A stretch of DNA of 64,000 bases from Octopus sinensis. Its lineage: Eukaryota. Location of the stretch: the NCBI RefSeq assembly GCF_006345805.1, contig NC_043002.1:53816001-53880000 (forward strand), written 5' to 3'. The notes under the pieces are model-generated. The model was not told where the DNA came from, did no database searches, and saw nothing but the letters and a program-made list of their open reading frames with translations. Both the position numbers and the translations under genes were made by a program. Every line of letters begins with the position of its first letter. The stretch's first letter is position 1. This document shows positions 12,283-25,628 of the stretch, piece by piece.

Positions 12283-13999
12283 TATATATATATTTATTTA
12301 TTTATTTATTTATTATATATATATTTCTTTTACTTCATTTCATAAATGTTTAGGCATTTTCATATCTGATATGTGAAAATATGTATTTTGGAAAATAAAT
12401 TCCCTTAGCTGATTTCTCTATGGATCATAAATTATAAAGGCATCATTTGCTTTGAAATAATTCAGAAAATGTTTAGAATGCTTACACTTCAAATGCACAT
12501 AACATAATGGAATGCGTAAAACATTCAATCAGATAACAGCTGGTCGATGTTTATCACTTCCAGCATTGTAAAAGTAGAAATAAATTAGAATCATGATGCT
12601 AGAATAATAAACAATATTCTATGAGGCCAAAGGGAGTGTTTGCCTGATCGGAAGATGTGCTTGAAGTAGAAGCCAAATATCTTTCATATTACAGCCTTTC
12701 GTTTTACAAAACGTGATACAGTACCTCTAGACATGCAATTCATAAAAGAAATAGGATATTGATATATGAACCTTCTTTCATCATGTATCAGCAAAATTAA
12801 ATGACCTGGGTATAAATATCAACACTATTTAAATGGAACAGTTTCATGGTTGTTTCTGTTGGGAGGTCCCAATTAAGTAGACGTATGATCATGGACACCC
12901 TTCTCGGAAACATTGTGGCGTTCGATATATCAGTGACTCACCTTCATTATTTTATTCACTGCAGGAGAGTAGGTATATCTTCTGGGGATCGGATAAAATA
13001 TCTCGCAGTATTTATTCTGAATATCTGCTCTCTGAGCTCGTAGCCCACGGAGGTTAAACTCTGCATTTAGTCGTTAGAGGGATTGATAAAAACGTACCAA
13101 TCAGAGCGGTGGATTGGCAGAATTGTGGGAACAGTGTTTGCTCCTGGTCATTGAGTTTTGACTTGAAAACCGGCTGGTAAACTTTATCCATTACACAATG
13201 ATGGTATTCAGCACCTAAGGAGTTGAATACCATCATTTAACACCTTAGGTTCTTTTTGCAGAGTTCACTTTGTCGCAAGCTTTAGAGCCAAGCTTCCATT
13301 TTCCTCCTTTTCACCTGTTTCTGAGGCCCTGTAAAAAATTTTGCTTTCTTCAAAACTAAATTGTAAGAAAACATTTTAAAAAGAACAGTGTAATTTCAAT
13401 ATGAATTTGGTTGCGTTTTGGGGGGCTATAATAGAAATACTAGCAAGCTCGTTTGCTATTCTGCACTGAGAAAACTTTTAAAGGATTGATTTTCTTCTTG
13501 CAAGATGTTGCATGAATATGACAAATAACAGCTACTCAATGAACTTTATTAATCCACTCAAATTTGTAACTTTTTCAACTTCAGTCCTTGGTTATTTCTA
13601 AAACACGGAAACTTGAATCATGAAGTACATAGTCATGTAACTAACGCCCACTCCCTAAAATTATTGGCATTCAACCAAAATTTGAAGCTATTATTATTAC
13701 TATTATCAGAACACATTTTCTGTGAAATTATCAGTGCTGCAAAGGTGGCACAGATGTAACACGCTAAGCAGTAATTAATTTCGTTGATTAATAACCAATT
13801 CTGCCATTCAGTATGGGCATTGCATTTTATACCAATGTTTAGTGGTAACATTTTAGCTTCTGAATTCTCGTAGAGTCAGCTATGACATTTCAATATCTTT
13901 CTTTCGTCGACAGTTGAAATTAATACGGGACAAGGACAAATATCGTAGTAATTGAACATTCTTCATCCAGAAAATGTGTAATGTTAATATCATGATAGA

Positions 14000-14420
14000 C
14001 ATGTGAGTGGTCAAAAAGCTTCCTTTGCAATCGTGTGCTTTCAGGGTAATTCCCACTGCGTGGCACCTTGGGTAAGTGTTTTCTGCTATAACTCCGGACC
14101 GTCCAATGCCTTGTGAGTGAATTCAGAAAATCGGAATCTACGTAGAAGCTTGTCGTCTGGGTGTGTGACTGTGTGTGTGTGTGTATGTGTATGTGTGTGT
14201 GTAAATATGAGTATGAGTCAGTGTTTGCTATCCCACAATACTTGACAGCTGGTGTTGGTAAATTTATGTCCTTATAACTTAGCGTTTTGACAAAAGCGAC
14301 CGATAGAAAAGTACCAGGCCTTACAACTAAGTATTGAATTATCTGGTCGATTTAAACTCTTCAAGGTGCTGCCTAGGGTAGCTGTAGTCAAATAACTGAA
14401 AGAAATAAAAGAACAGAAAT
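14000..14420 (+). mobile_element. tRNA-derived SINE family B (CORE-like)
   Basis: CCCACTGCGTGGCACCTTGGGTAAGTG core, internal (GT)n, CGATAGAAAAGTACCAGG and AAATAACTGAAA tail shared with other copies in the window. Confidence 0.85.
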
Positions 14421-14599
14421 ATATACACACGTTTTATTGCACTATAAGATATAACATATAACTGGGAAGGATTATGTATAAAAAGGGTTTAGTCAATATA
14501 TTCATGTATATAAATATATTTAGCGTTGCTATGTGAGAATTTTTGATGGGAAATCACAACATACGTCACAAATTGAAGGAGGCTGCAAAGACGAGCTTT

Positions 14600-14735
14600 T
14601 CACTGGAATTGAGAAAATCAATAACATCGACCGAAGTGAATAACTGGTACTTATTTCATCAACCCGCAAGGAAAAAAGGCACAGTCGACCTGCGCGGAAT
14701 TTCAGCTCAGAAGGTAAAGAGGAACGACGCACAAA
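14600..14735 (-). mobile_element. SINE family A fragment
   Basis: Reverse complement TTCTGAGCTGAAATTCCGCGCAGGTCGACTGTGCC...GATGAAATAAGTACCAG. Confidence 0.75.
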
Positions 14736-14739
14736 TGCA

Positions 14740-14802
<63 letters not shown>

Positions 14803-15153
14803 GCACACGAGAATTTGGTTGCTTCTTTGCTATAATAGAATTAACATGCACGCGATCGCTTGTGTGTATGTACCTGTGAGTGTATGTGTATGTGTGTGTG
14901 TGCGTGTGTGTGTGTAAAACAATTAATTTTACAGTCCGGTGCTATAGCAGTTTTGTCTGGTCTCTTACAATGAAATCAACAATCTCAGTTTAACATGGAC
15001 ACACACACACACAAACAGACACACACATACACACACAGACACATACATATACGCGCACAAACAGATATATATGTGTATATACATAATTATATGAAGATTA
15101 AAGTAAAAATGGAAAAATGAAAAACTTCATATGCATATGATATATATATTATT

Positions 15154-15200
<47 letters not shown>

Positions 15201-16286
15201 TGTATATATACTTATGGCTGTGGGTAAGTTCGTATATATATTCTATATAATTATATATATATATATATATTATATATATAAATATATGGTATGTATGTAT
15301 GTACCTTGCAACTGATTGACAGCGTCTTATTAGAACGTTAGGTAAATTGTTTCCGGGTAATTGTTCCGCATTTCTGTCAGGGTCGTTAAATCAATTTCCA
15401 GTCCTTTACCGGCGTCGAATTTCTTCTTCCAATTTCATTTTTCTTTCTACCTCTGTGTCATTCTTTCTTGTAGAAGAAAGCGAAAATATTTGTTCTAAAG
15501 AATGTAAAAAATACACCAAAATTTTCTTTGAATAATACAAGTTAGTCTCGGGTCTTTATGTGTATACGGTTGTATATCAATATGCGTGTGTATGTGTATA
15601 TGTGAGCATGTATGTGCGTGTGTGCCTGTGTGTGTTATTGTGTAGAATCTATGTATTATGTATGTATTCATGTATGTACGTATGAGTGTATCTGTCTCCC
15701 CACCTCTCTCTCTCTCTCACTCTAAATATATATATGTGTATATATATATGTGTGTGTGTGTGTGCATGTATCCTCGTCCATCAAAGAAAAACTCCATGGA
15801 AATATGTCAAAAAAGTGAAAATAGATTATGTCAAGTGGTTCCCATTTGTATATGAAGTACTTTTACTTCATCGTTGAGGTTTTGCAAAGAATAAAGACAT
15901 TTAATGACTACTTGTCATCGTTACAAAAGAAACCTGTATGATGTGAGACAGTTGGGTTACTGAAAAATCTAAAGAAATACTTAATGAGGTTTTCGGAATG
16001 AAAGTGATACATGGTCTTCAATAAAGAAAGATACGAGGTGTATTTTAAATTAGTTTTTGAGAAGAGACATTGTGTGAATAACTGACGTATGTTTTCTAAA
16101 GAATAAATGTAAAAAAAAAATGACGGGAGGGTACATATATTTAAGGAATCTCATAACCATAGTGTTAAATTCCAATATGAAAGCATTATTGGTGACATGA
16201 TTTGGCTTGGTGAAGGTGAACCTTTACAGTAGACATGAATGTGAATTTCTTTCGTTTGTCGCTCTCAATTGATATAAAATATCCTA

Positions 16287-17045
16287 AGGCGGCGAGCTGG
16301 CAGAAACATTAGCACGCCAGGCGAAATGCTTAGCGGTATTTCGTCTGCCGCTACGTTCCGAGTTCAAATTCCGCCGAGGTTGACATTGCCTTTCATCCAT
16401 TCGGAGTCAATTAAATAAGTACCAGTTACGCACTGGGGTCGATATAATCGACTTAATCCGTTTGTCTGTCCTTGTTTGTCCTATCTGTGTTTAGCCCCTT
16501 GTGGGTAGTAAAGAAATAGGTATTTCGTCTGCCGTTACATTCTGAGTACAAATTCCACCGAGGTCGACTTTGTCTTTCATCCTTTTGGGGTCAATAAAGT
16601 GAGTACCAGTTGCGCACTGGCATCGATGTAATCGACCTAACCCCTTGTTTGTCCCCTCTATGCTTAGCCCCTTGTGGGCAATAAAGAAATAAGAAACGTT
16701 AGCACGCCGGGCGAAATGCTTAGCGGTATTTCGTCTGCGTTACGTTCTGAGTTCAAATTCCGCCGAGGTCGACTGTGTCTTTCATCCTTTCGGGGTCGAT
16801 GTAATCGACTTAATTCATTTGTCTGTCCTTGTTTGTCTGCTCTATGTTTAGTGGCCTCTCGCTAGTAAAGAAATAGGTATTTCGTCTGCTTTACGTTCTT
16901 AGTTCAGATTCTGCCGAGGTCACCTGTGCCTTTCATCCTTTCAGAGTTGATAAATTAAGTACTAGTTGCATACTGAGGTCGATCTAATCGAATGGCCTCT
17001 TCCCCAAAACTTTTGAGCCTTGTGCATAGAGTAGAAAAGGATATA
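16287..17045 (+). mobile_element. Head-to-tail tetramer of SINE family A
   Basis: Starts AAGGCGGCGAGCTGGCAGAAAC; four units each with GTATTTCGTCTGC...TTCAAATTCC and the TTTCATCCTTT core. Confidence 0.9.
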
Positions 17046-17399
17046 AAATGCCCAGTATATGAGGTGGAGTTCTAATCTATGGTGAATATATTCAAATTTG
17101 GTAAAGCAAGACATTGTCTAACATAGTGAAACAAAGGCACGAAATTCAGAAAATCAGCAATACACAAGAAAAGATCAAGGGGACCCTATGAGTGAGTCAG
17201 GAGTTCTGTGATCACGATAAAAAAAATCATATCTGGCATTATTAACGAGTAAGCAAAACTGTCGTCAAATTTGGAAAACAAAAGACAAGAGTGAATGAGC
17301 AATAATATGAGGGAAAGAAAACCATGGCGAATATGTGTATACATATACACGGGCGCGTGGGCGCGCACACACACATATGTATATATATATATATATATG

Positions 17400-17600
17400 T
17401 ATCCACATGTGAATCATTGGTGATTTTCTCCCCCCGTCTTCCTTTCTACTGGACTTTCCTATGTTTATGAAGAAGAGTGTTGCTCGAAACGTTAAACTAT
17501 CTTTCTTTCCTTTCCTGAACATCTGCTAATACTTTACATGGACAACTCCCTCGCAGTGTTGTGTATTTTAGTGTCTGTTTGGGGGGGATTTACTATATTT
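17400..17600 (+). mobile_element. Penelope-like terminal module with hammerhead-like motif
   Basis: GTTT-ATGAAGA-A-GAGTGTTGCTC-GAAA-CGT-T-AAAC at 17463-17497; flanked by (TA)n. Confidence 0.6.
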
Positions 17601-17650
17601 GTATATATATATATATATACATACATATATATATATATACATATGTATAT

Positions 17651-17685
<35 letters not shown>

Positions 17686-18149
17686 TACATACATACATAC
17701 ATACATACATACATACATACATACATACATACATACATACACACAAATAATTACAGATGATGGATAATTATCAGTTCATTACAACTGTTTTCTACTGATG
17801 AAATGTAATAATATTAAAGCATGTATCCATTTAAAATGAATATAAAATTGATTAATAATATTAGTAAAATTTATTATGCAAAGTCTCTTTCACAAAATAA
17901 TCTGTTACAAAGAATTATCTCCCTTTATAAAAAGAGTGCCAGAGAATAATGAGTCTGGGTGATAGAACAAACGGATATGAAACCAGATGTGTCACGGAAA
18001 AAGATACTCCCAGTAATATTTGAACAAAAGCAAATATCTTATACTGAATTGCTCAAGAAAAAAGTCAGGTTACTGAGATAGAAATCGAATATATTAATTT
18101 AGCAAGAGACATTATACTTTTAGAGCTATGAAAAAAAAATCAAGAATCA

Positions 18150-19290
18150 ACATATATCAGCTCTTCACAATTTTATGAAATTCTGAACTAATTTGCTTTC
18201 TAAAACTGAACATCGATTACAAAAAAATGTTTTCTGATTTTGATATTTACTCAAATTTTCTTCCTCTAAATGAAAAGCATTCAGAAGATCACTCGGTGGA
18301 ATAAACGCAATCACTTTCATTGTGTAGGAAGATAAAATATTCGTCTTCCTCACAATTGTATCGAGTCACAAGAACAGCATTATAGAAGTTCTTTTTTTAT
18401 ATATAGTCTTAGGGTGTTATCAAAGAAACAAAGGAGAATATTAATGTTAGCACCAAAGACACAAAGGAATGAATTATGAACAGCCAACTCGAAATCAATG
18501 CTGATATCCGTCATGTCGTAATCAAGATTAAGGTTATGGAAAATCTCGCAAAGGTATTCCTGGGCAATAGCATATTTGCTCTTCTTCCACTGAAATTTTC
18601 CGCAGATATGGCTCTGAATTACATATAAGGAGAAAACAGAATAGTACAGCTGGTGAAATATCTATCGGCCAAAAAGTGAGATTTTCAGTAAAGTATTCAA
18701 ACCAAAATCATAGGATTTCTTCTTTTCGTTTCATTGGCAGCACTGTTATTAATCATTGACGACTCTCGATCTAGTATTGTTATAAACAGTCCTTGAATAG
18801 CATAATATTATTTATTACCAGACAAATATTTCTCTTCGCTATCTTTGTTGACACATGTTAAGCAGAACATTCAGAAGAATGGCACCAGGGGACTAACACC
18901 TGTAGTTCGGAACATTTCTCTGGCAATCTTCTAACTTTATTCTCTTTTTTCTTTTGAGTTGTGCATTCGATCGTAGCACCAGTGTGATAATAAGGAAATT
19001 CTTTGTGTCATCTGTTTCATTTTGCATGAAATTGACTTCGGGACAAATTCTAGTTACAAATTGAAATTGTTAACGGTTTTTCAAATCATTGCATAAGTCC
19101 ACAACATTGCCTTTTCAGAAAACGTAAAAGTATTTGCACCATTCCATAGCAAAGCTACTGTACTACACTTTGACAAGTTTTGATATCTTGGCATTTGAAG
19201 CAGCTGGAGATACGATAGTTGACCAAAAGAACCGGCTATTCCAAGCAAAAATAAATATTGAAAAAATCGCATTTAGCCAAATTGGACATA
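18150..19290 (-). pseudogene. Degenerate MULE (Mutator-like) transposase
   Basis: Minus translation IFHQLYYSVF...ISIDFELAVHNSFLCVFGANINILLCFFDN, then MKVIAFIPPSDLLNAF. These match the MULE motifs F.QLY, DFE.A..NA...VFP, CFFH and ALAFLP. Many stops; the 5' extent is approximate. Confidence 0.8.
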
Positions 19291-19314
19291 CTACAGTTTA
19301 ACACAATAGTAACG

Positions 19315-19392
<78 letters not shown>

Positions 19393-19396
19393 TATA

Positions 19397-20284
19397 CTGT
19401 TGTGTCTGGGGAGAGGCATTTTCTTTTTGCCTTATAATTTAACACACTCACCGGTAAAATTTCTACTATATCTTGTTTTTATTTTCCTAAAATTTTCGTT
19501 GCGTCTTGGAACCTTTTCAATAGTCTTGACTCTTAGCGCAAAAGAAATGAGAAATAAGAGGAAATTTTACCGATGAGTGTGTTAAATTATAAGGCACAAA
19601 AAGAAAATTACTCTCCCCAGACACAACAGAATAAGCTTCAACACACGAACTCATATAAAGAATCTTGAAAACTGAGTACGTTACTGTAAAAGCCTTTCCT
19701 TGCGGGTATCCAAAATTGTCGGAAGCAAAAATATAGAGTCGTTTTCATGGCCTGATTGGTTTTGTACGCCTCATGACTAGTTTTAAGCCAACCAACACAG
19801 ACGGAATTTTATCGCGTTGTAACATTCTGAACTATATGAATTTCGGTTCACCACGGTTTGCTTACTCCTACACATCACGTCAATTTCTCGGAAATAGCTG
19901 ATCAATCACACGCGGTGGAACTTTCACCCTCATCTCCGAAGAAAGTGGTTATTAATGGAACTTATGTTGATCAATAATAGAGATAGTATTCTGTCGTTTT
20001 CATCGATCTGTTAGACACTCCCAACAGCTTTTTACATATTTGCATATAACAGAGCTTAAATTTTTGATTATATCATATTTCATGTACACATGTCCTATCT
20101 AGATATGTATATATGTATATATATAGGCAGTGTGAATAACGGACAGAGCCAACAACTATTGAAAAAGTTACAGGATGCAACGATAATTTTAGAAAAATAA
20201 AGAAGGAAATGAGTGGAAATTTTACCGGTGAGTGTGTTAAATTATAGGGTACTAAAAGAGAATGACTCTCCCCATACACAACAG
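19397..20284. mobile_element. Non-autonomous TIR element (MITE-like, ~130-bp TIRs) with an extra internal TIR
   Basis: 19397-19525 is the reverse complement of about 20155-20284; 19561-19629 is a second right-hand arm; TA-rich flanks on both sides. Confidence 0.85.
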
Positions 20285-20311
20285 TATATATATATTATAT
20301 ATATATCATAT

Positions 20312-20343
<32 letters not shown>

Positions 20344-20351
20344 AATACATA

Positions 20352-20382
<31 letters not shown>

Positions 20383-20388
20383 CACAAC

Positions 20389-20427
<39 letters not shown>

Positions 20428-20495
20428 ATATATATATATATATGTATGTATGTATGTATATATGAATGTATATAGGGTGCGTGTGCGCGTGTGTA

Positions 20496-20546
20496 GATAG
20501 ATATATGATAGATAGATGGATAGATAGATAGATAGATAGATAGATT

Positions 20547-20578
<32 letters not shown>
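20496..20578. repeat. (GATA)n at the 3' junction of the Tx1 element
   Basis: Directly visible. Confidence 0.95.
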
Positions 20579-23500
20579 TGTTTCTTTATTAGCACACAGG
20601 GCTGCACACAGATAGAACAAATTACAAGGTAGAGCTTTTCTTTTGGGGGTAAAAAAAAAAAAAAAGGAGGGAGAGTGGGGGTTTTCGATCAAAAGGGATC
20701 GTAAAAGGAAAGAAAAAGGACAAAAAATGGGAGGGGGTTAAAAAAGGGGGGGAGAGAAAAAAAAATGAATAATAGGGATCGTTATCACAGAAATGTAATA
20801 TGAAGTGTAAAGGGGAGGACAGGTGAGTTTACCCGTGGAAAGAAAAGCCTACGGAAAAGACCACGGTAACCTCGGTCATGAAGTCACATGTTATATTTCT
20901 TTTTTTTTTTTTTTGCAAATAAGCAACTCTCTGTATTAATTTTATGGTTCATAGAATCATAGTCAAGATGGCTTCGTCATTCATACGTGCCATCCTTGCT
21001 ACATTCACCCATCTTTTTTAAAACATTCACTAGACAAAACTTGCCTCTCTACTCTCACTTTCCTCTTCAAGTGATACTTGAAGAAGTTGATGAGAGATTG
21101 ACCAGAGAGGAAAGTGTTTGTCTCTAATCCTTTCAGGCGCGTCCACCAGATACATTCTTTCGCCATATCCACAAGTATGATAAAAATAGCTCTTCCTTCC
21201 CGTTTGAAAGAAGGAGGCGTGACGATATTAACGATAGACTCGGCTGATAAACCGACACGTCCCACACGTGACAGCAGTCGTTCGACATAAGCCCACAGGT
21301 CGGAAATTGCTGGACACTGCACGATTGCGTGCAGAGCGGTTTCGTCGCTCTGCTCGCATCTCGGGCAGGTCGGCCCCGTGTTTCTCGAGCCATGCCTATA
21401 GAGCTTATCCCGAACGGGTAGCGCTTCTCGGTAGTACTGCCAGGCCAGGGATCTCTGGAAGTTGTCCATAGGTCCCGGGCCGAAAGTCGTTTGAAACAGG
21501 CGGGTCAGGTATCCTCGTCGACGCCCAGGTTTGCCCCGAGCTCGTCGTCGTACCTCCCCTCCACTAATCCCCTATAGAATGCTTTGGTTGTGTTGAAGTC
21601 ACTCAAGGTCGACCCGGGACGGCAGAGTTGCTTGAGAGCAACGCGACACTCGCGGTGCCATTCGCCCTTCCTCGGCCTCTTTTTGATCCACGACTGTAGT
21701 TCGGTCATGGAGACGAGTTGCGGGAATGCGTGCCTCACAACGGCGACCACACCTGTTCACCGTCGTCTACATAGAGCCGGAGATGTCCCAGTCTCAGCGC
21801 GTGTCTGCGCATCATCAGCCACGGCATGCCCAGCCCTCCTTTTAACGGGTGGTTGACAGCAAATGGATCGCCTGACCATCGGGACGCATCCTTTCCACAA
21901 GAAGCGGAAGAGGATGCGTTCTAGTTTGGTGATGGTGGGGGGTCGGGACAGGTACGACGGTCAGGCGGTAGTAGATGATGGACGCGATGTACGCGTTCAC
22001 CACCTCCGCCCGACCTTTTAGGGACAGTTTCCTCTCGGCCCATAGCTGGGCGAGAGTGACCACCCTACTCGTTATCTCGTTCCAGTTCTTCTCCATTTGG
22101 AGGTCCGGACCGAACCAGACCCCAAGCAACTCAACCGGGCCGTCTGTCCAGCGTCCACGACGGAGGTATGGTGGACGGCATGGGCTTGCTTCTCCAGGTG
22201 CCGAGCCGCAAGCCAACTGACTTTTCCCGGTTGATTTTTGCTCCTGTCACCGCTTCGTAGTCTTCAGTGTCTCGCCGACCCGCTCGATGTGCTCGTGGCT
22301 TGACACTATGACGGTGACGTCGTCCGCGTATGCAGACACGCTCGTCCCGCATCCAATTCTCGCGGGATGCCCCTTAGAGTCGCCAGCTTCCGTAGCAGTA
22401 GTGTGCTCAAGAGTCAATACGTATAGAAGCGCCGAGAGGGGGGCATCCCTGACGGACCGAACGTGCAATGTCGAAAGGTCTCGATAGATGTCCATTTACG
22501 CGAATTACCGAACGGATGCCTCTGTACAAGGCAGCTATCCAGCCGCGGAAGACGGGACCGAAACCAGCCGCTCTCAGGACTGCCTCCAAGTATCGATGGT
22601 CTACCCTATCAAAGGCTTTCGATGATCCAAGTTGATCAGGGCCCCAACCATGCCAGGTTCGTTAACTACCCAGTCTATGATGTAGCGCATCAGATGGAGG
22701 TTGTCATGGATGCTCCGGCCCGGCACGGCGCACGTTTCTGCGTTGTCGACCAGTTTCTCGATGACAAGCGCCAACCTCCTGGCTAACACATTTGTCAAAA
22801 TTTTCAGGTCTGCATTAAGCAGCGTGATTGGTCTAAAGTTATCTATAATGTTTCCCTTGTTTGGATCTTTCTTCAGCAGAGTTACAGCTCCTCGACTCAC
22901 AAAACCGGGTATGCTCCCGTTTTGCTGCCAGTTGCAGTATACCGCTGCCAAGACGTCTCCAAACAAGTCTGGCATACAATTGTAAAACTCGTAGGGTAGA
23001 CCATCCAAACCCGTGATTTGTCCCTCGAGCATTCTGCTATCGCTTCCTGCATTCCGCCGCCGTGATGGCACCTTCGCAGCACCCTGCCTTTCTTGTCGAG
23101 AGTCGTGGCAGGCTATGTAGGTAGGCACTGAAGTCCACCCTACGTTCTTGCCCTCCACTCGTCCCGAACAGTCGGGCAAAATGCTGCTGAAAGGCCTCAC
23201 ACATTTTACTTGGCTCGAGCAATTCGCGCCCCTGTTCATCTACCAGTGACCGAATGGTGGCTTTGTTGCCCTGTTGCGCCTCTGCCACCCGGGCCTCTCT
23301 CGCGGCTCCAACACCTTCGTTCCTTAGAGCACGCATCCTAGCTCTGACAGCACATCCTTCGTGTTTGGCGTTGAAGTGTTGGTCGAGGGCCAACCTCGCC
23401 GCCAAAATGTCGGATGCGATGCCGCTTCTAATTGCCTCTTCTAGCTTCTTAACTAGCTCACCCTCTACTCTATTTCTATCTATGGCTAGTGCTTTGCTGT

Positions 23501-24073
23501 ACCTAATCGCTTCTGCTTTTACTGCTCTCTTGAGGGCAAACCACCATTTGTTGTTGATGATGGCTCCCGTCAAAGCCCTCTTTACTAGTGTGCTAATCCG
23601 GTCTCTGAAAACTTGTCTGGACGGGAATGAGGCGTTCAGTTTCCAGTACCAGGACCCTGTCTATGTGCCTTATCTAAGTCTAGCGTACACGTCACCAATT
23701 TGTGATCCGTGTAGCTGACTGTGTGGAATTGTGGACATCCTAAGTTATCCTGTCTACTGTCTACACAGTATCCTATCTAGATACGATCTCGACGACCCAC
23801 TGCGGTTGCTCCATGTCCACGTTGGTGCATTTGGGTGGTCGAGTCGGTACCTGTCAGACAGTTGGAATCGTCTGAGCAGGTCTCTGAGGCATTTGCATCC
23901 CCTTCTGTTTCTGTCTCTACCCACGTAGTCTACATGCGTGTCCAAGGTAGCATTCCAATCCCCCACTAAGAGTAAAGGACGAGACGTTCCCAAGAATACT
24001 TCTAGACGTCGAAAGAAATCCGCCCGACCTGTTAAGGGCGGTGCGTAGACTGATACGAGTCGAAAAGCGAAAA
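20579..24073 (-). mobile_element. 5'-truncated Tx1/L1-clade non-LTR retrotransposon (APE endonuclease, RT, zf-RVT-like C-terminus, 3' UTR)
   Basis: Minus translation: APE motifs FRLVSVYAP, LLVGDWN, SYLDRI, TDH; GYWKLN; RT motifs GLDGLPYEFY, NFRPITLLNADLKI, KAFDRVDH, SVRQGCP, SAYADDVT; Cys/His motif CPRCEQSDETALHAIVQC. AATAAA at 20590-20585. Visibly GC-richer than the flanks. ORF broken by frameshifts. Confidence 0.97.
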
Positions 24074-24090
24074 GATAGATAGATATATAG

Positions 24091-24147
<57 letters not shown>

Positions 24148-24148
24148 T
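24074..24148. repeat. (GATA)n at the 5' junction of the Tx1 element
   Basis: Directly visible. Confidence 0.95.
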
Positions 24149-24359
24149 AGCAGGTACACAGGTGATTAAAATGTATTTATACTTATTCATTACAATATTT
24201 CGTATATATATATATATATATATATATGTCTATGTGTGTAAATGAACAATGCTAGTGTGTTTGTGCATGTGTGTGTGCACGTCAATACCTGAATATCTTT
24301 GTGTTACTAGCACAAAACGTCTTTAACAAATCTATCAGGTGTGTGTAACTCTCTCACAA

Positions 24360-24393
24360 GATTTCTACCACATTTCTCTCTCTCTCTATCCCC

Positions 24394-24459
<66 letters not shown>

Positions 24460-24670
24460 ATCTATCTATCTATCTATCTATTTTTCTATCTCTATCTCTA
24501 TCTCTCTCTTTGTCTTTCTACATGTGTATATTCTATACATGCATGTACGCACACACACAATGCACACACACCCGCATACATACACACACAGGCATACAAA
24601 CACACACACACACACATGCACACACGCACACATACGCACACTCACACACACACACAAACCCACTCACGTA
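24360..24670. repeat. (CT)/(TATC)n/(CA)n compound microsatellite
   Basis: Directly visible. Confidence 0.93.
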
Positions 24671-25224
24671 CATACTCTATTGCAGCTCAATATTTTGCTG
24701 TTGAATTGAAATACTGTCTGGATGTAATAATATAGTAGATTTTATATCTGATCATTCAAAGAACAATAGAATCTCATCCATGTTATCAACAATATGTATT
24801 GTTCAATGAAAATATGTAGTAACTCGGCTTATTTATATTCAATTATAAAATGACGAAAATATATTCTACAACTAAACACCTGCCAGAATACTTCAATACT
24901 GAACTAGTTCTTTATTAGCAATTTTCAATTTAATAATCCTTCCTTAGAAAATGTTTCGTTGTTTCTTGGGTGATAATATTTCTTTGTATTATTCAGACAT
25001 CCAGATAAATTTTCATAAATATTACATACATAATCAAAGATAAAACGGGTGCATTTTGTATGCTGTTTTTCTTAAATACGCGCTAATTTAATACACATAG
25101 ATTCATACAGATGCACACACACACGCGCACACACATACAAAGATAAGCACATACTAACACACATATACACTCATAGGTGCAATGAAAATTGGGTGTATAC
25201 AGGGTGAGTTAGTATTTTTCGAAC

Positions 25225-25628
25225 TTACTCATTTACTTGTTTCAGTCATTTGACTGCGGCCATGCTAGAGCACCGCCTTTATTCGAGCAAATCGACCCCA
25301 GGACTTATTCTTTGTAAATCTAGTACTTATTCTATCGGCCTTTTTTGCCGAACCGCTAATTTACGGGGACATAAACACGCCAGCATCGGCTGTCAAGCAA
25401 TGTTGTGGGGACAAACACAGATACACAAACATATATATATACATACACACATATATATATATATACATATATATATACGGCGGGCTTCGTTCAGTTTCCG
25501 TCTATCAAATCCACTCACAAGGCCTTGGTCGGCCCGAGGCTATAGTAGAAGACACTTGCCCAAGGGACTGAACCTGAAACCATGTGGTCGGTGAGCAAGC
25601 TACTTACCACACAGCCACTCCTGCGCCT
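25225..25628 (-). mobile_element. SINE family B, near full length
   Basis: Reverse complement begins AGGCGCAGGAGTGGCTGTGTGGTAAGTAGC; contains CCTTGGGCAAGTGTCTT; ends GTCAAATGACTGAAACAAGTAAA. Confidence 0.92.

Noticed and set aside
20640-20770. G-quadruplex-like G tracts
   Set aside because: They are the antisense of the Tx1 3' UTR pyrimidine tract; no independent function is evident.
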